Assembly (NCBI RefSeq): GCF_032062105.1
Contig: NW_026926947.1
Coordinates: 1-64,000, forward strand
Length of the DNA stretch: 64,000 nucleotides
From: Saccostrea cucullata
Taxonomy: Eukaryota
Direction of reading: 5' to 3'
Positions within the stretch are counted from its first letter, which is position 1; the number at the start of each line of letters is the position of its first letter. Below are positions 13,558-24,716 of this stretch, in pieces. A program made the translations under genes and the position numbers. Below the pieces are notes generated by a model. The model was not told the DNA's origin. It made no database searches and saw only the letters and a list, made by a program, of their open reading frames with translations.

Positions 13558-14200
13558 GCATTTTTAAAGGAATCATGCATTTTTCTTAAGATCTTTTAAA
13601 CAACAAACATCAAATCTGATTCCTTCAGTAAAATTAATTCTGCAATTTTGCATTAATAAGATTAAATTGATAGAAAATCGTCTATGTACATCGGCTGATA
13701 TAGTGGTTAAAATAGATTAAAAGAGTAAATGAAATTTACCTTGAGGATTTTAAAAACTTTATTCTTGTCTCAGTTAGAGGTTTAGATTGATTGAATGTTT
13801 TACGTTCTGTTTGAGAATGCAACTGTATAAATGTAAGAGTGACCAAGTAAAATTAACACATTTCTGTAATTCAGAGAAAAGGAGTTTAACTGATGCGAAT
13901 GCTTTGTTCTTGATAAAAGTCAACTTTGTAAGATTCAAATTGTGTTTTTATTTCATTTGTAAGGTAAAATCAGTGAAAGCTATATTTTTTTATCCTCTCA
14001 AGCTAAAATAAGTGATTTCAAGTATCAAGTTTGGCAGTAGAGCAAGATTGGCTGCGACATAAATCATCTACATAAAAACTGGTATGTTCGAAAAATTCAA
14101 GTCATCAATCAACACATGATAATAGTTGTTTTAGAATACCTTACTTGACCTGTTTAGTATTGTTTTATATATATTTTCATCGCATATTTAGGGAGTATTG

Positions 14201-14672
14201 TATGGAATCCGGATAGGGCCAGCTCAGTATCGCATCATCGCACCATCGAGGTTAAGGTCGATAGAGCGATGAAGAGATAATTCGATGACAATGAAGTGAT
14301 GGTGCGATAACGATGAAGTGATGGTGCGAAAGCGCAATGACGATGATGCTATGGCACGACAATGTGATGACGATGGTGCGATAATGCGATGACGCGATGG
14401 TGCGATAGTAATGACACAATGGTGCAATGACAATGGTGCGATAGTACGATGACGATGAAGCGATATTCACTATCGCTCAACCGTGTTATAGCACAATCCT
14501 CATGGCATTATCGCGCCATAGCATCATCGTCATCGCGCTATCGCATCCTAGCTTCATCGTTATCGCACCACCGTTTCATCGTCATAGCGCCATCGCGTTA
14601 TCGCGCCATCGACATTTAAGTTGATGCTCGATGGTGCGATAGTGAACTTTTTGGCCCTATCCGGATTCCATA
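14201..14672. mobile_element. Non-autonomous IS3EU-like DNA transposon (MITE) with internal CGAT/ATCG-rich repeats
   Basis: Perfect 21-bp TIR TATGGAATCCGGATAGGGCCA / TGGCCCTATCCGGATTCCATA and 6-bp TSD GTATTG (14195-14200, 14673-14678). TAYGG termini plus a 6-bp TSD are the IS3EU signature. Confidence 0.85.
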
Positions 14673-14689
14673 GTATTGATGAACATTTC

Positions 14690-14860
14690 TTGCTGATTAA
14701 CCTTAGGAATAATAATTATTATAAACATTCTAATTGGTGAAAGGAAACTGATAGAATTGATGGTCTCTAGGCGACAAACAGTAAATCTCTTCCTGCATAA
14801 GTACCAACACCCCGAGAATAGGGTGCATTTGTAAACGTTTTAAACAAGGAAAGGTAATGT
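14690..14860 (+). promoter_or_regulatory. Putative core promoter and short non-coding first exon of copy C
   Basis: TGCATAAGTA at 14794-14803, donor GAAAG|GTAATG after 14853, acceptor TTTCAG at 15149; conserved with the copy A upstream block. Confidence 0.55.
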
Positions 14861-15181
14861 TCTTTTTTATTTAAAAACGCTTATAAAAATTTAATGTTCA
14901 ATAGTTTCTTTTATAAAAGAAATATTTTACATTCTATCCCAAATTAAAAAAAAATGATGCATTTTTATATCTTTTTTTCCAAAATAGAATATTTTTTCTT
15001 TAAAACTGTACATGTTTTTCAAAGAGATTTATGAATATTATTATTTCATTTCTAAAAAAAATGCGTGTTTTATCTAATTTACAAAGAAGCAAAAGGAAAA
15101 CCCGAATACATTAAATACTTTATATATAAAAATTCTTTTTCAGTTTCAGAGGTTTGAGTTCGTCAAAAAAAGAACACGAGG

Positions 15182-18100
15182 ATGTCAACTACAGTAGTTG
15201 TTCAACAACCCACGGGTGTTCAAGATAATCGGCTGATGGTGACGGACATTCTCGGTCATAGGCAATGGAGTACCGGCCTGTTTGACTGCTTCTCAGACAT
15301 TAAAATGTGTAAGTGTTTCTGTTTTGGCAATAGTTTAACATTGTACGTATCGTATATTTCTCTCTCTGCTAAAGTGTAAGCTAGTGTGAAGTCACAGATT
15401 GAACATGAGGTGCAAAGTGGTGATAAAAAAAGAAGCTTCCTTCCGATAGGTATTTTGCGGGTTGGGGAAGGGGTCAAAGGGAGCTTTTTTTTTTTTTTTT
15501 ACAAATTCGGACTTCTACAATAAATCATTTTAATTTGATTATTAAAAATAATATTATAGACACATTTACAGTTTATATCGTGATGTGAAGACCACTTAAC
15601 AAAACAGAACTCTCAACTCATACTACTTTTCTTCGAAAATATTGAAACTTTCTTGACGAATAATAAAAATTCGATCAGTACGTTGAATTTCCTACTAACG
15701 AAATATAATTCATGATATCAATTTCGTTTCCTGCAATTATTATGGACACCTGTTGCTTTTGATGAAATTTTCTGAAAGAGACTTAATATGAATAACTTTG
15801 ACTTAAAACCTTTTCAGCGAAGGGAATAGTTTTATCCCAAAAAATTAATATAAAACAAAACTGCAAACATAATTATATAGGTATGAACGTGCAAATTGCT
15901 AAGAATGCTTTATAGCATTTGCAACTTAATAAATTAATACGTACGATTTATTATCAACTCTCCGCCCCTTTATTCAATCCAATGTTTTATTCCAGAGAAA
16001 GTGATGTTTAGGCTACAACTTTTTTGTCTATGTGGAATATTGGCCACTGATAATGTAACCCAGAGATGCAAAAAATGTCCCAACAATCAATTGGAATTCC
16101 CATGGATACCAATATTACCCCTTCAATAGCGAAACTATATTTATGTGCATATGAAACAAAATTTGTTCAAAATGTTATATAGTACCTACGTACGTCATTA
16201 GACAAGATCATTCGATGTATCTTTCAACTCGACCTTAAGATATATCAACAAAGTATTGTTAATTGTCAAAAATTATTTCCATTCTTTTTTCGATAAGATC
16301 TATTTCAGTGAGCTTGAAATAAAGGCACTACACAGTCTTATACATCTGTTTCATATTTGGATATTTTACTCAGAAAGGACATTAATGGTCATCTAACAAA
16401 CATGCTTTATGAAAAACTTGATGACTTTTTTCAATCATAAACTTCCTTTACTTAGGCATCAATTTACCTTCCTCACCTGTATATGGAGATGACATCTTTC
16501 AATCGATTCGAAACGCAAAATCATGTTCTCCGTATGACCAATTTCTAAAACGAAGAAAATTATTGACGAACAAGTTGATGAAACAAGAATACCAACAGTC
16601 TCGTTAAAATCATCATGCATATTGTAAGTTCTATGGTGTATATAATGACCCTTGTCAACAAATACACTTTATCATTTAGTTGAATGCTGACTGGCGTTTT
16701 TATTTTAATTGTTAGGCCATTATTTACATTACAAATTGACCGTTCATGTCAGCTTACTTGGTAGAGCGCTCGCTCCGTCATCGAGAGGTTATGAGTTCAT
16801 ATCTCGGCCGCGACTGACCTAAGTCGATAAAAATGAGGAACAACTGTTCCTTCGCCATGCGCTCGGCACTTGATTTGAAAGTTGTGGATCTTTTGGAGGG
16901 GAACTTAAAAACCGAGATCCCTTGTCACGGCAGGCGTGGGCACGATAATGATCCCTCACTGCTCAATGGGCCTGAGTGCCGAGTAAAGGCCAAAATTTGA
17001 AGCCCTTCGCAGATATATGGTGACGTCTTTACATGAGTGAAAAATTCTCGAACTGGACGTAAAACAAAAAACAATCAATCAGTCAATTACAGAACGTGTT
17101 CTCGTCGGATTGTTGTTGCGAATCACTCCATTAATACCAATTCCAAGTTTAGATGACGTTTGTCCTAATCACAATAAGTACCTTTATTTTTTTTTAAATA
17201 TGAATATATCCTGTTCATTATCGTCACTGTTCATTTAAACTGGTTTAAGATTCATTTAAAGTCCCGTACGTAATTATAAAAGGTAAACTTTGTTTACCTG
17301 ATATGCATACATACGTTAAATACTTGTACGACGATAACATCAAAACAAAATGTCAAAAGCTCCTTGGAATATAATACAAAATTGGAGGAGCAGAGAAGAC
17401 ACGGGCCTGTTAAAATAATATACAGTATAGGAAATGAAATGAGAAACCAACTCAATTCTTAACAAAATAGCAAACATACAAAACTTTTTGAGGGTGCAGG
17501 TTGATTTTATTATTTTTTTTTTTTTGGTCATATCAGACAAGGTAAATGTTTATCATTTCTTCACCAGCAATAACCAATAACCAATAACCCTGGCAAACTT
17601 TTTGAAGCGTAAAATTTATCAATGTTTGCACTTTGAATCTAAATATCACAAACACTGTTTTTGTAAGCATGTTTTATTCCAGACAGATGCAGAAAGGATA
17701 CAGACGTACATGTTAATGGTGACATTCTAAGTATCATGGAAGAAAAGTTTAATGTATTTTATTTACTCAAAGACGGTACATATAGTCAATGGAACATAAT
17801 AAAGAGCTATAAAGATAACCATGATTCAGAAATAATTGAACCACACGTGGAGGTAATTAACATTCCCCACCCATGTCACCACAATAAACCTGCTAAATAG
17901 TATTATAATCTATCATCTCTATTTTTATAGGCCTACTGGGACTTTGCTGTACACCCTGTGTTCTGTGTCACGTGGCCTCCAGGACGGGGGAGTGCTGCTG
18001 TATGCCTCACTGTATCTTGGGAGGATCTGTCATTCTGAGGAGCAGAATCAGAACCATCGGCGGCATTCAGGTCTATAATGTCAAACACTCATAATAATGG

Positions 18101-18305
18101 TTCCTTACATTAAATAAATTTTTGAAAAAAAAATCCTCTGATTAGTTGTTTGATTAATTTGTTTCACATATCTTTTTATTTTCAAGTTACTTTCAAATAT
18201 TGCTTGTAGGGATCCGCCTGCAATGACTGTATAGTTCTGTCTCATTGTGGCCCGTGTGCAGTGTGTCAGATGGAGAGAGAACTCGACAATATGGGAGTCC
18301 CATAA
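15182..18305 (+). CDS. PLAC8/cornifelin-family protein, copy C (120 aa; only plus-strand copy)
   Basis: Exons 15182-15308, 17931-18070, 18210-18305; GT-AG, open frame. MSTTVVVQQPTGVQDNRLMVTDILGHRQWSTGLFDCFSDIKMCLLGLCCTPCVLCHVASRTGECCCMPHCILGGSVILRSRIRTIGGIQGSACNDCIVLSHCGPCAVCQMERELDNMGVP*. AATAAA at 18421-18426. Confidence 0.93.
15408..17085. repeat. Right arm of the inverted repeat, inside copy C intron 1; includes a PLE fragment (~16065-16730, +) and a full SINE (16738-17085, +)
   Basis: Reverse complement of 11938-13557; the SINE has A/B boxes and a CAAT tail. Confidence 0.9.
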
Positions 18306-19139
18306 AGGCAGCATCTCACAAGAGAAACTGGCAGTTCTGTTTTTAATATTTTGATGCTTTCTCTGTGTAACTTCTATCTATCATGTATTTGTATACAAAT
18401 TCTATACATTCCATTGTACAAATAAACGAAAGACACTTATTTTTCTGTTAGGACAGGACGTAATCGAATAGAGGTGGTAACGGCATATAATTTTTGAATT
18501 CAGAAAGATCATTGTTGATTAATTATTCTTATCTATCATTTTATATTTCATCATAAATCCTATTTTATGACATCGAATGCAAATTATGTAAAAGGGTTTG
18601 AAATAAAAGTTGTAGATGTAGATGCAAATGCATCGTCTGAAGCCACGGTCCAGAGTCCGCATAGTTCTCTCCTACCCGTGGTTGCTAAATCACAAAAAGT
18701 GTCGTAGTCTTGAATATTTACGGGTGTCTATTGGACGATATTTGTATATTCTTTCAATGACAAGTTTTGTTACCATCGCAATTGAAATCAACAATTTACA
18801 TCAGCAGTATTCGTACACTGCGATTTGGTAATGAAAGGTCGCATCAGAGTTCATTATCCGACTATACTTTACTCGCATTGGTCAATATTTTAAGGTATAA
18901 AACAATCTCTTTTAATTCAACCATGGCCAGAATGGGAGAGAATCGTTCATTTTGGCCGTGGTTTGAGATGATGATGAAAATGTAAATAATAGGAAAACAT
19001 TCAAAGGACAAGTTTCGGCGAATGTCTTAAACAATGGGGGAGATCAGAATTTGTTCCCTTTGTACATGTAACCAATTTACCAGTTAGAAGGACTTGTTAA
19101 AAAAAAACAAAAAAAAAACTCAAAATCTGATTGAAATGA

Positions 19140-19930
19140 AACAAAAGGAGATAACGAACACTATTCAAGATCAAAAGTCCATAAAACAAAATAGGAGTAG
19201 AGCAAATATAAGAGGTGGAATCAGGTGCCATGAAGGAGTGGGTATTCCCTGCCGACCGGTCACATCCGTGTGATCCTTCTCACGATCGGGAAATAACGGA
19301 AAAATCCGTTGTCAATTCAGTGTATAGACAATGGACTAATAATTAGTATGAAAAAAGTCAGTCAACATTTGACTCAATAATAAATTGTATTTGCTGACAA
19401 GGTCATTGGATTGACAATAAAACCAGTTGTTTGAAAGTTATGGCCAAAGCTATTGAATTTGGCATTTTTGTAAAGTGGGATAAAACTCTGAGGTCAAGGT
19501 CAATAGGCCAAATTTGGTGGAACCAAAAGAAAGGTTTTGTCACAAGGAATATACCTGTGAAATATGAAAGCCATAATCCAACCCACTTGAACGTTAAAAG
19601 CAAGTTTTTTTTTTAGAGATAACCAACGTTATTCTACATCATGAGTACATTCAGGTGATAGAAGTCAGAGGAGCAGAGCAAATATCGATCTCTAAGACAT
19701 CGGAGGTAGGATAAGATGTCATGGAGATGTAAGCATTCCCTTCCGAGCGGTCACACCCGTAGTGTAATTCTTGACATAATCGGATTGACATAATGTTCTG
19801 TCGACAACTTAGTGTATAAGAAATTTCCGAAGCATTAGTATGAAAAAGTCCAACGGCTTTTTTCCAATTATTGAATGCATTTGCTGACAAGGTCAGTGCA
19901 TCAGTAAAAGAACTTGCGAATTGATGACTT
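19140..19930 (-). mobile_element. Two Penelope-like 3'-end fragments separated by a satellite/HINE-like fragment
   Basis: Family motif GAGGTGGAATCAGGTGCCATGAAGGAGT...CCGGTCACA at ~19210 and a diverged copy at ~19700; AGGTCAAGGTCA satellite-like piece at 19410-19610. Confidence 0.6.
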
Positions 19931-20840
19931 TTGACGAAATTAATTAGGTTACATAATGCCAATTTCGTATATCCCTCATTCAATGCCATAAATACTTGAA
20001 ATCTATCTTTTTGTCATAAAAATTCTTAAGTCAACATTAATTACATTCTGATATAAGTATAAATAGTTACTCTAACAAAAAAATACTTCAACTCTCGAAC
20101 CCACAGATATTGTTATGCTAAAACATAACATCTACAAAATATATGAGTTTAAGAAATAAAATTTTTTTGGGCAGTTGTGTTACAGCTTATATTCATCAAA
20201 ATGATGCAAATTTTTGCATGGTATCAGCGATATCGATTTATATTGATAAAGTAAGGAATCCTTAGAGGTATGATAATCAACTTAACTAATGCAGTAGAGA
20301 TTGAAGAATGGATCTTTCAAAAAGTGAATAAGTCTGTTGTTTTGATAGGCAATCAAAATCTACTTAATCTGATTATAAAACAATATATATGACAAACGTA
20401 ATTATATTTGAATAGAGATTAAAATCAAGGACTAGATATTTTACAGCGTGAAGTCCAAATTATCAATAGGTACTATACTACAAGTATTCTTTTTATTCTC
20501 TACTCAAATATAATTACTTTTGTTATGCATCTATAAAAAACGTTCTATTTTCAAGTTATTAACTTTGTTAGAAATAAATAACGCCTAGATCTAACAATTG
20601 CTTTAAGTGTCGAGGGCACCTGTATCACTTTAAATAAGGAACGTGTTAAATGTAGATTTTAAGGACTTGAAAACCTGATTTTCAAAACATAATTTCGCTA
20701 TCAAATTGGCTTCTTTGACTTGTTTACTTTTATCTGAAAGAATCTGAATGTTATTACAAAATGGCGTATTCAACATAATCAAACTACTTTTTTTCTAACA
20801 AAAGCAGGTCCGTCCAAAGGGGTTTATTGGAGTAGTTCTT

Positions 20841-21282
20841 TTTTTAAAGAGTTTATTTTAACTTTCACACAAATTACACAAATACAAAACAGACGTATAT
20901 ATGAATAAGTATACAAGAAAGTATGAAATAAAGCAAAAAACAAACAAAGAGGTAATATAAACTAGTGTGAAAGTTTATGTGGAGAGAGAGGGAGAAATAG
21001 AAAGGGAAAAAACGAGAATGAGAGAGGGAGAAAAGATGAGAGGGCACACACTTTATTGAATAAGTAACGGTAAGAAAATTTTTAAAGTTTTTAAACTATT
21101 TCCTGCCAGTGTCTTTCAAATTCATCATATTTACAATTTTTCAACAAAAGAAATTTTTCTATTCTAATTCTTTCAGTAAGAGCATTTTTCAAACTCTCAA
21201 CGTTTAATTTTATAGTTTTGGCATACTTACTTGCAAAAATACATTGTTTTATAATCAGAATAAAAAGATTTTCTAACTTTTA
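20841..21282 (-). mobile_element. 5'-truncated L1/Tx1-clade LINE 3' end
   Basis: Minus-strand frame ENLFILIIKQCIFASKYAKTIKLNVESLKNALTERIRIEKFLLLKNCKYDEFERHWQEIV* resembles an L1/Tx1 ORF2 C-terminus. It is followed by a TC-rich UTR and A-rich tail, with an imperfect GGAGT(AG)TTCT duplication at both ends. Absent at the paralogous site downstream of copy B (~9670). Confidence 0.65.
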
Positions 21283-21617
21283 GGAGTTTCTGTTTATGAA
21301 TTTACAAAAAAAATTGATTGCCTATCAAAACAAACAGACTTGTTCACCATTATTTTCAGTTTGACATGTGAACGATACACTTTTCCATCATCAAAATATA
21401 ATTCTTATAATATTCTGTACTATTAATATTTATTTTTTTATAATTAGAACTAAATATTTGTTTTGTGAGCATATAAAACAACAGCGTTTTTTTTTATAAC
21501 TAATATACAAGTTTAAAACAGGAAGCAGTATTGCAGTAAGTACAATCAAAGTAACTGATAAGATAGTCCTTTAACGATAATGATCATGCACTGAATTGTG
21601 ATCCGATTAATTGTTCT

Positions 21618-22775
21618 TCATTTTGGGACTCCCATGTTATCAAGTTCCCGCTGCATCTGGCACACGGCGCACGGTCCTAACAACGACAAAATCACACAAT
21701 CCATACAAGCCGTGCCCTGTTAAGAAGATACAGAAAAGATTAATAACAGAAAGTACGTCCAAAGGATTTTCTTTACAATAAAATCATCCACATTGTCTGT
21801 TTAGAGGAAATAAAAAAAATATAATTTTGGTTTTTTTATTTACCTGGATGCCTCCTATGGTTCTGATTCTGCTCCTTAGAACAACCGTTCCTCCCTGAAC
21901 ACAGTAAGGCATACAGCAGCACTCCCCAGTCCTTGAGGCAACTGAACATACTGTACAAGGGAGGCAGAAGAAACCGAGGAGACCTGAAAATAACATATAA
22001 CTTTCTTTTTATTTAGTATGACAAGTGTAGATTGATCATATTGTTTCAATATACCTATACATTTGTCACATATATACATGTACTACACGGAATGATAAAG
22101 TTTTCCGTTCAAGTTTCTTCCATACATCGATCATAGAAAAAAATTTAAAACTTTTATCTCAAATAACTTTTAATCTTTTTCAGAAAAATATATCGTAGTT
22201 TTATCTCAATAATTTGTAACTGATGCTATTCGAAAACCAGTGCCAAAGGAAGTCATTAAAATAAGAGGCCAAACCTGATTCAATTCATATAATACTTCAA
22301 GGTTGCAAACATGGATTTCAAAGTTTAATATCAATAACAATATTCATGTAACATCATCAACATTTATTTAAACTTAGAAATGTTTAGCAACATGTTTCAC
22401 AGACTCTTTTTTTAGGAATGTCAAGTGTGAAAGTTTTGTTTAAGTTTTAAGTTTATCGAGGATTGTTTTGAACTATTTATCCTAATAAATCAATCTCAGA
22501 AATGTAGTTCTGATTTAGACCTTTTTAAAAGATACAAACTATGACATCACAAAGACCCGTATGCATTTTCAAACGTTGAAGATCTGTAATTAGTTCCTCT
22601 TTTGCTAATGAAATCTAAGATGTAAAATCGAAATGATAAAGAGCTTACATGACTTGAGATCGTCAAAGCAGTCAAACAACCCCGTGCTCCAGTCTCTATG
22701 GCCCTCGATCCCTGTAACCATCAGAGGATTGCCAGAACCGGCTGTCGGCTGCTGGACTACAACAGTGGTCGACAT
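21618..22775 (-). CDS. PLAC8/cornifelin-family protein, copy D (121 aa)
   Basis: Exons 22775-22649, 21983-21844, 21716-21618; GT-AG, open frame. Differs from copy B at only 2 residues (N vs Y at position 16; RIR vs RTR). Confidence 0.93.
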
Positions 22776-24175
22776 CTTTCTAGAGCCTTTGACGATGAGT
22801 TATGAAAATCAGGAACCTCTGTTTCAATGAATAATTGAATGTTATAAAGTAATGATATCCATGTTCAGAACTGGACGTTATAGAATAGAATCAACTATTC
22901 CATTTCAAAATTCCTATGAAGCACAATTTTTATTATGATTTTCAATCAGGAAGATTGGGTATGCTACGTTAGGAAACCAAAAAAAAATCTTGGCAATAAT
23001 GTATAAATACAACTAACTGTTGAGGTTAACATTGAGAATTTTAACCACATGAAAATATTTGTCAAACAAGAAGAAGACGAGGTTAACATGGTTAATAATG
23101 GTTTTCCATGGGTAAACAGCTTTTTAAAGTTATCCCCAAGTGGATGGAATATTAACTACATGTATATTATACTGATTTTTTAAAGGTATGTAAATATAAA
23201 ATTTACGCGTAAAACATTTTGCACAGTCTGTATTGTTTCCCAAAGAATAAGTGTACAAGAAAGTTCAATTTCTACTTTATAATATTTCTGAATCATGCTG
23301 TCATTCCATCTATTTTGATTGCAAAACTACATTTGGCAAATACAACAGTCTTGTAAAAAGACTGCAACTTAAGTTTAATTATTCATTCACAACTTAAGTC
23401 GGATCAAGATGATCTGGTAGATTTTCATGCAATTGAAATGAGGTGTGAGTGGGTCAGCATAACAGGATGTGCACATACTTGAAAAGACTAAACTGTTAAT
23501 AGGTTTTTGTAAGATGCCATAACGTTATATGCGCCGACACAGCTTAAAAAGGGCTGGGTTGTATCAGTCATTTCTGTCATTGCCGAAATCTAAGCACAAT
23601 CTTTAGTTCTATATTGCCACTTATGAGTTTGTATATAGAACAATGTTTTTTTTATTAAATATATGGAGAAAACGGCCCGTATTCGAGCTCAAATTACAAT
23701 CTAAATTTTTCCTTCATAATGAATTATCTAAATATAATTATTGTTATATTGTTGTTTTATGATGGCATAACGAGTAATTTCTAACCACATCCTACCTGTG
23801 GGTACTTAATTATCACCTCTAGGTTTCTCGGTTACAATTAATTGAACTATGAGGAAAGAAAGTGCCTCGTGACAAGTTTAAAAAGGCCAAGAAAAGTAAA
23901 AAAGTAACAGAGGAGCAAAAATGAACATTTAATTCGTATAAGCTTTAGAGGCCCCTTGGGGAACTTTTAATTCATTCCTCAGTCCAATGCAAATGTTGCC
24001 ATTATTTTAGTGTATTCCAACGGTCATAACTTCAAAACCAGCGATGGTTTTGCTATCATATAAGGAAATACAATGCAAGGTCATAAAATTAAGAAAACTT
24101 ACAAGATTCACATTTTTTTCTTCAAATTCTTAGATTACCGTGCAAATTATGAAAAGAACTATATTCAGTATATTG

Positions 24176-24716
24176 CATATCTTTGCCCCTACAAAAATTA
24201 AATTTTGAAAAATTCTTAAAATGTGTTGTATTGTACAAATTGTTTGAAAAATATAAATTAACAAAACATATTATAGTTTCAAAGTAGGTTGTTGACAATT
24301 TTTTTTAAATTTATGACGTCACAAACTCGTCGGATTTTGCATTATTTTTCAGAAAAAAGACAAAATGGACAAAATGTCAACAATTTTATTTATAGAATTT
24401 ATAGAGCGCATGTTTGTTCAGGAACAATATTTGCATATTTAATTGATATTATTATTCTACACATTATATCAAAATATTGAGCCTGAACACACCTGCGCTC
24501 GGTGATTTTTACTCAAAATATTGACGCAATTTTTGCATTTTTCTATAGAAATCATGGAAATTTTAGATTTACGTCATTTTCCTGGCGTCATTTCAAACAT
24601 ATGACGTCATTGCTGACGAAAACATTCAGTACTTTGAAGTCAGCATGAATCCCCCTGTTTTAAAACATAATTAAATTTTACTCCGTCAAAGTTTGATTTT
24701 GGGGGCAAATATTGGT
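24176..24716. mobile_element. Putative old MITE
   Basis: Imperfect TIRs ATCTTTGCCCCTACAAAAATTAAATTTTGA / TCAAAGTTTGATTTTGGGGGCAAATAT; internal TGACGTCA-rich sequence. Confidence 0.45.

Noticed and set aside
14224-14470. His/Ser/Ile-rich ORFs 14224..14433 and 14252..14470
   Set aside because: Translations of the low-complexity interior of the IS3EU-like MITE.
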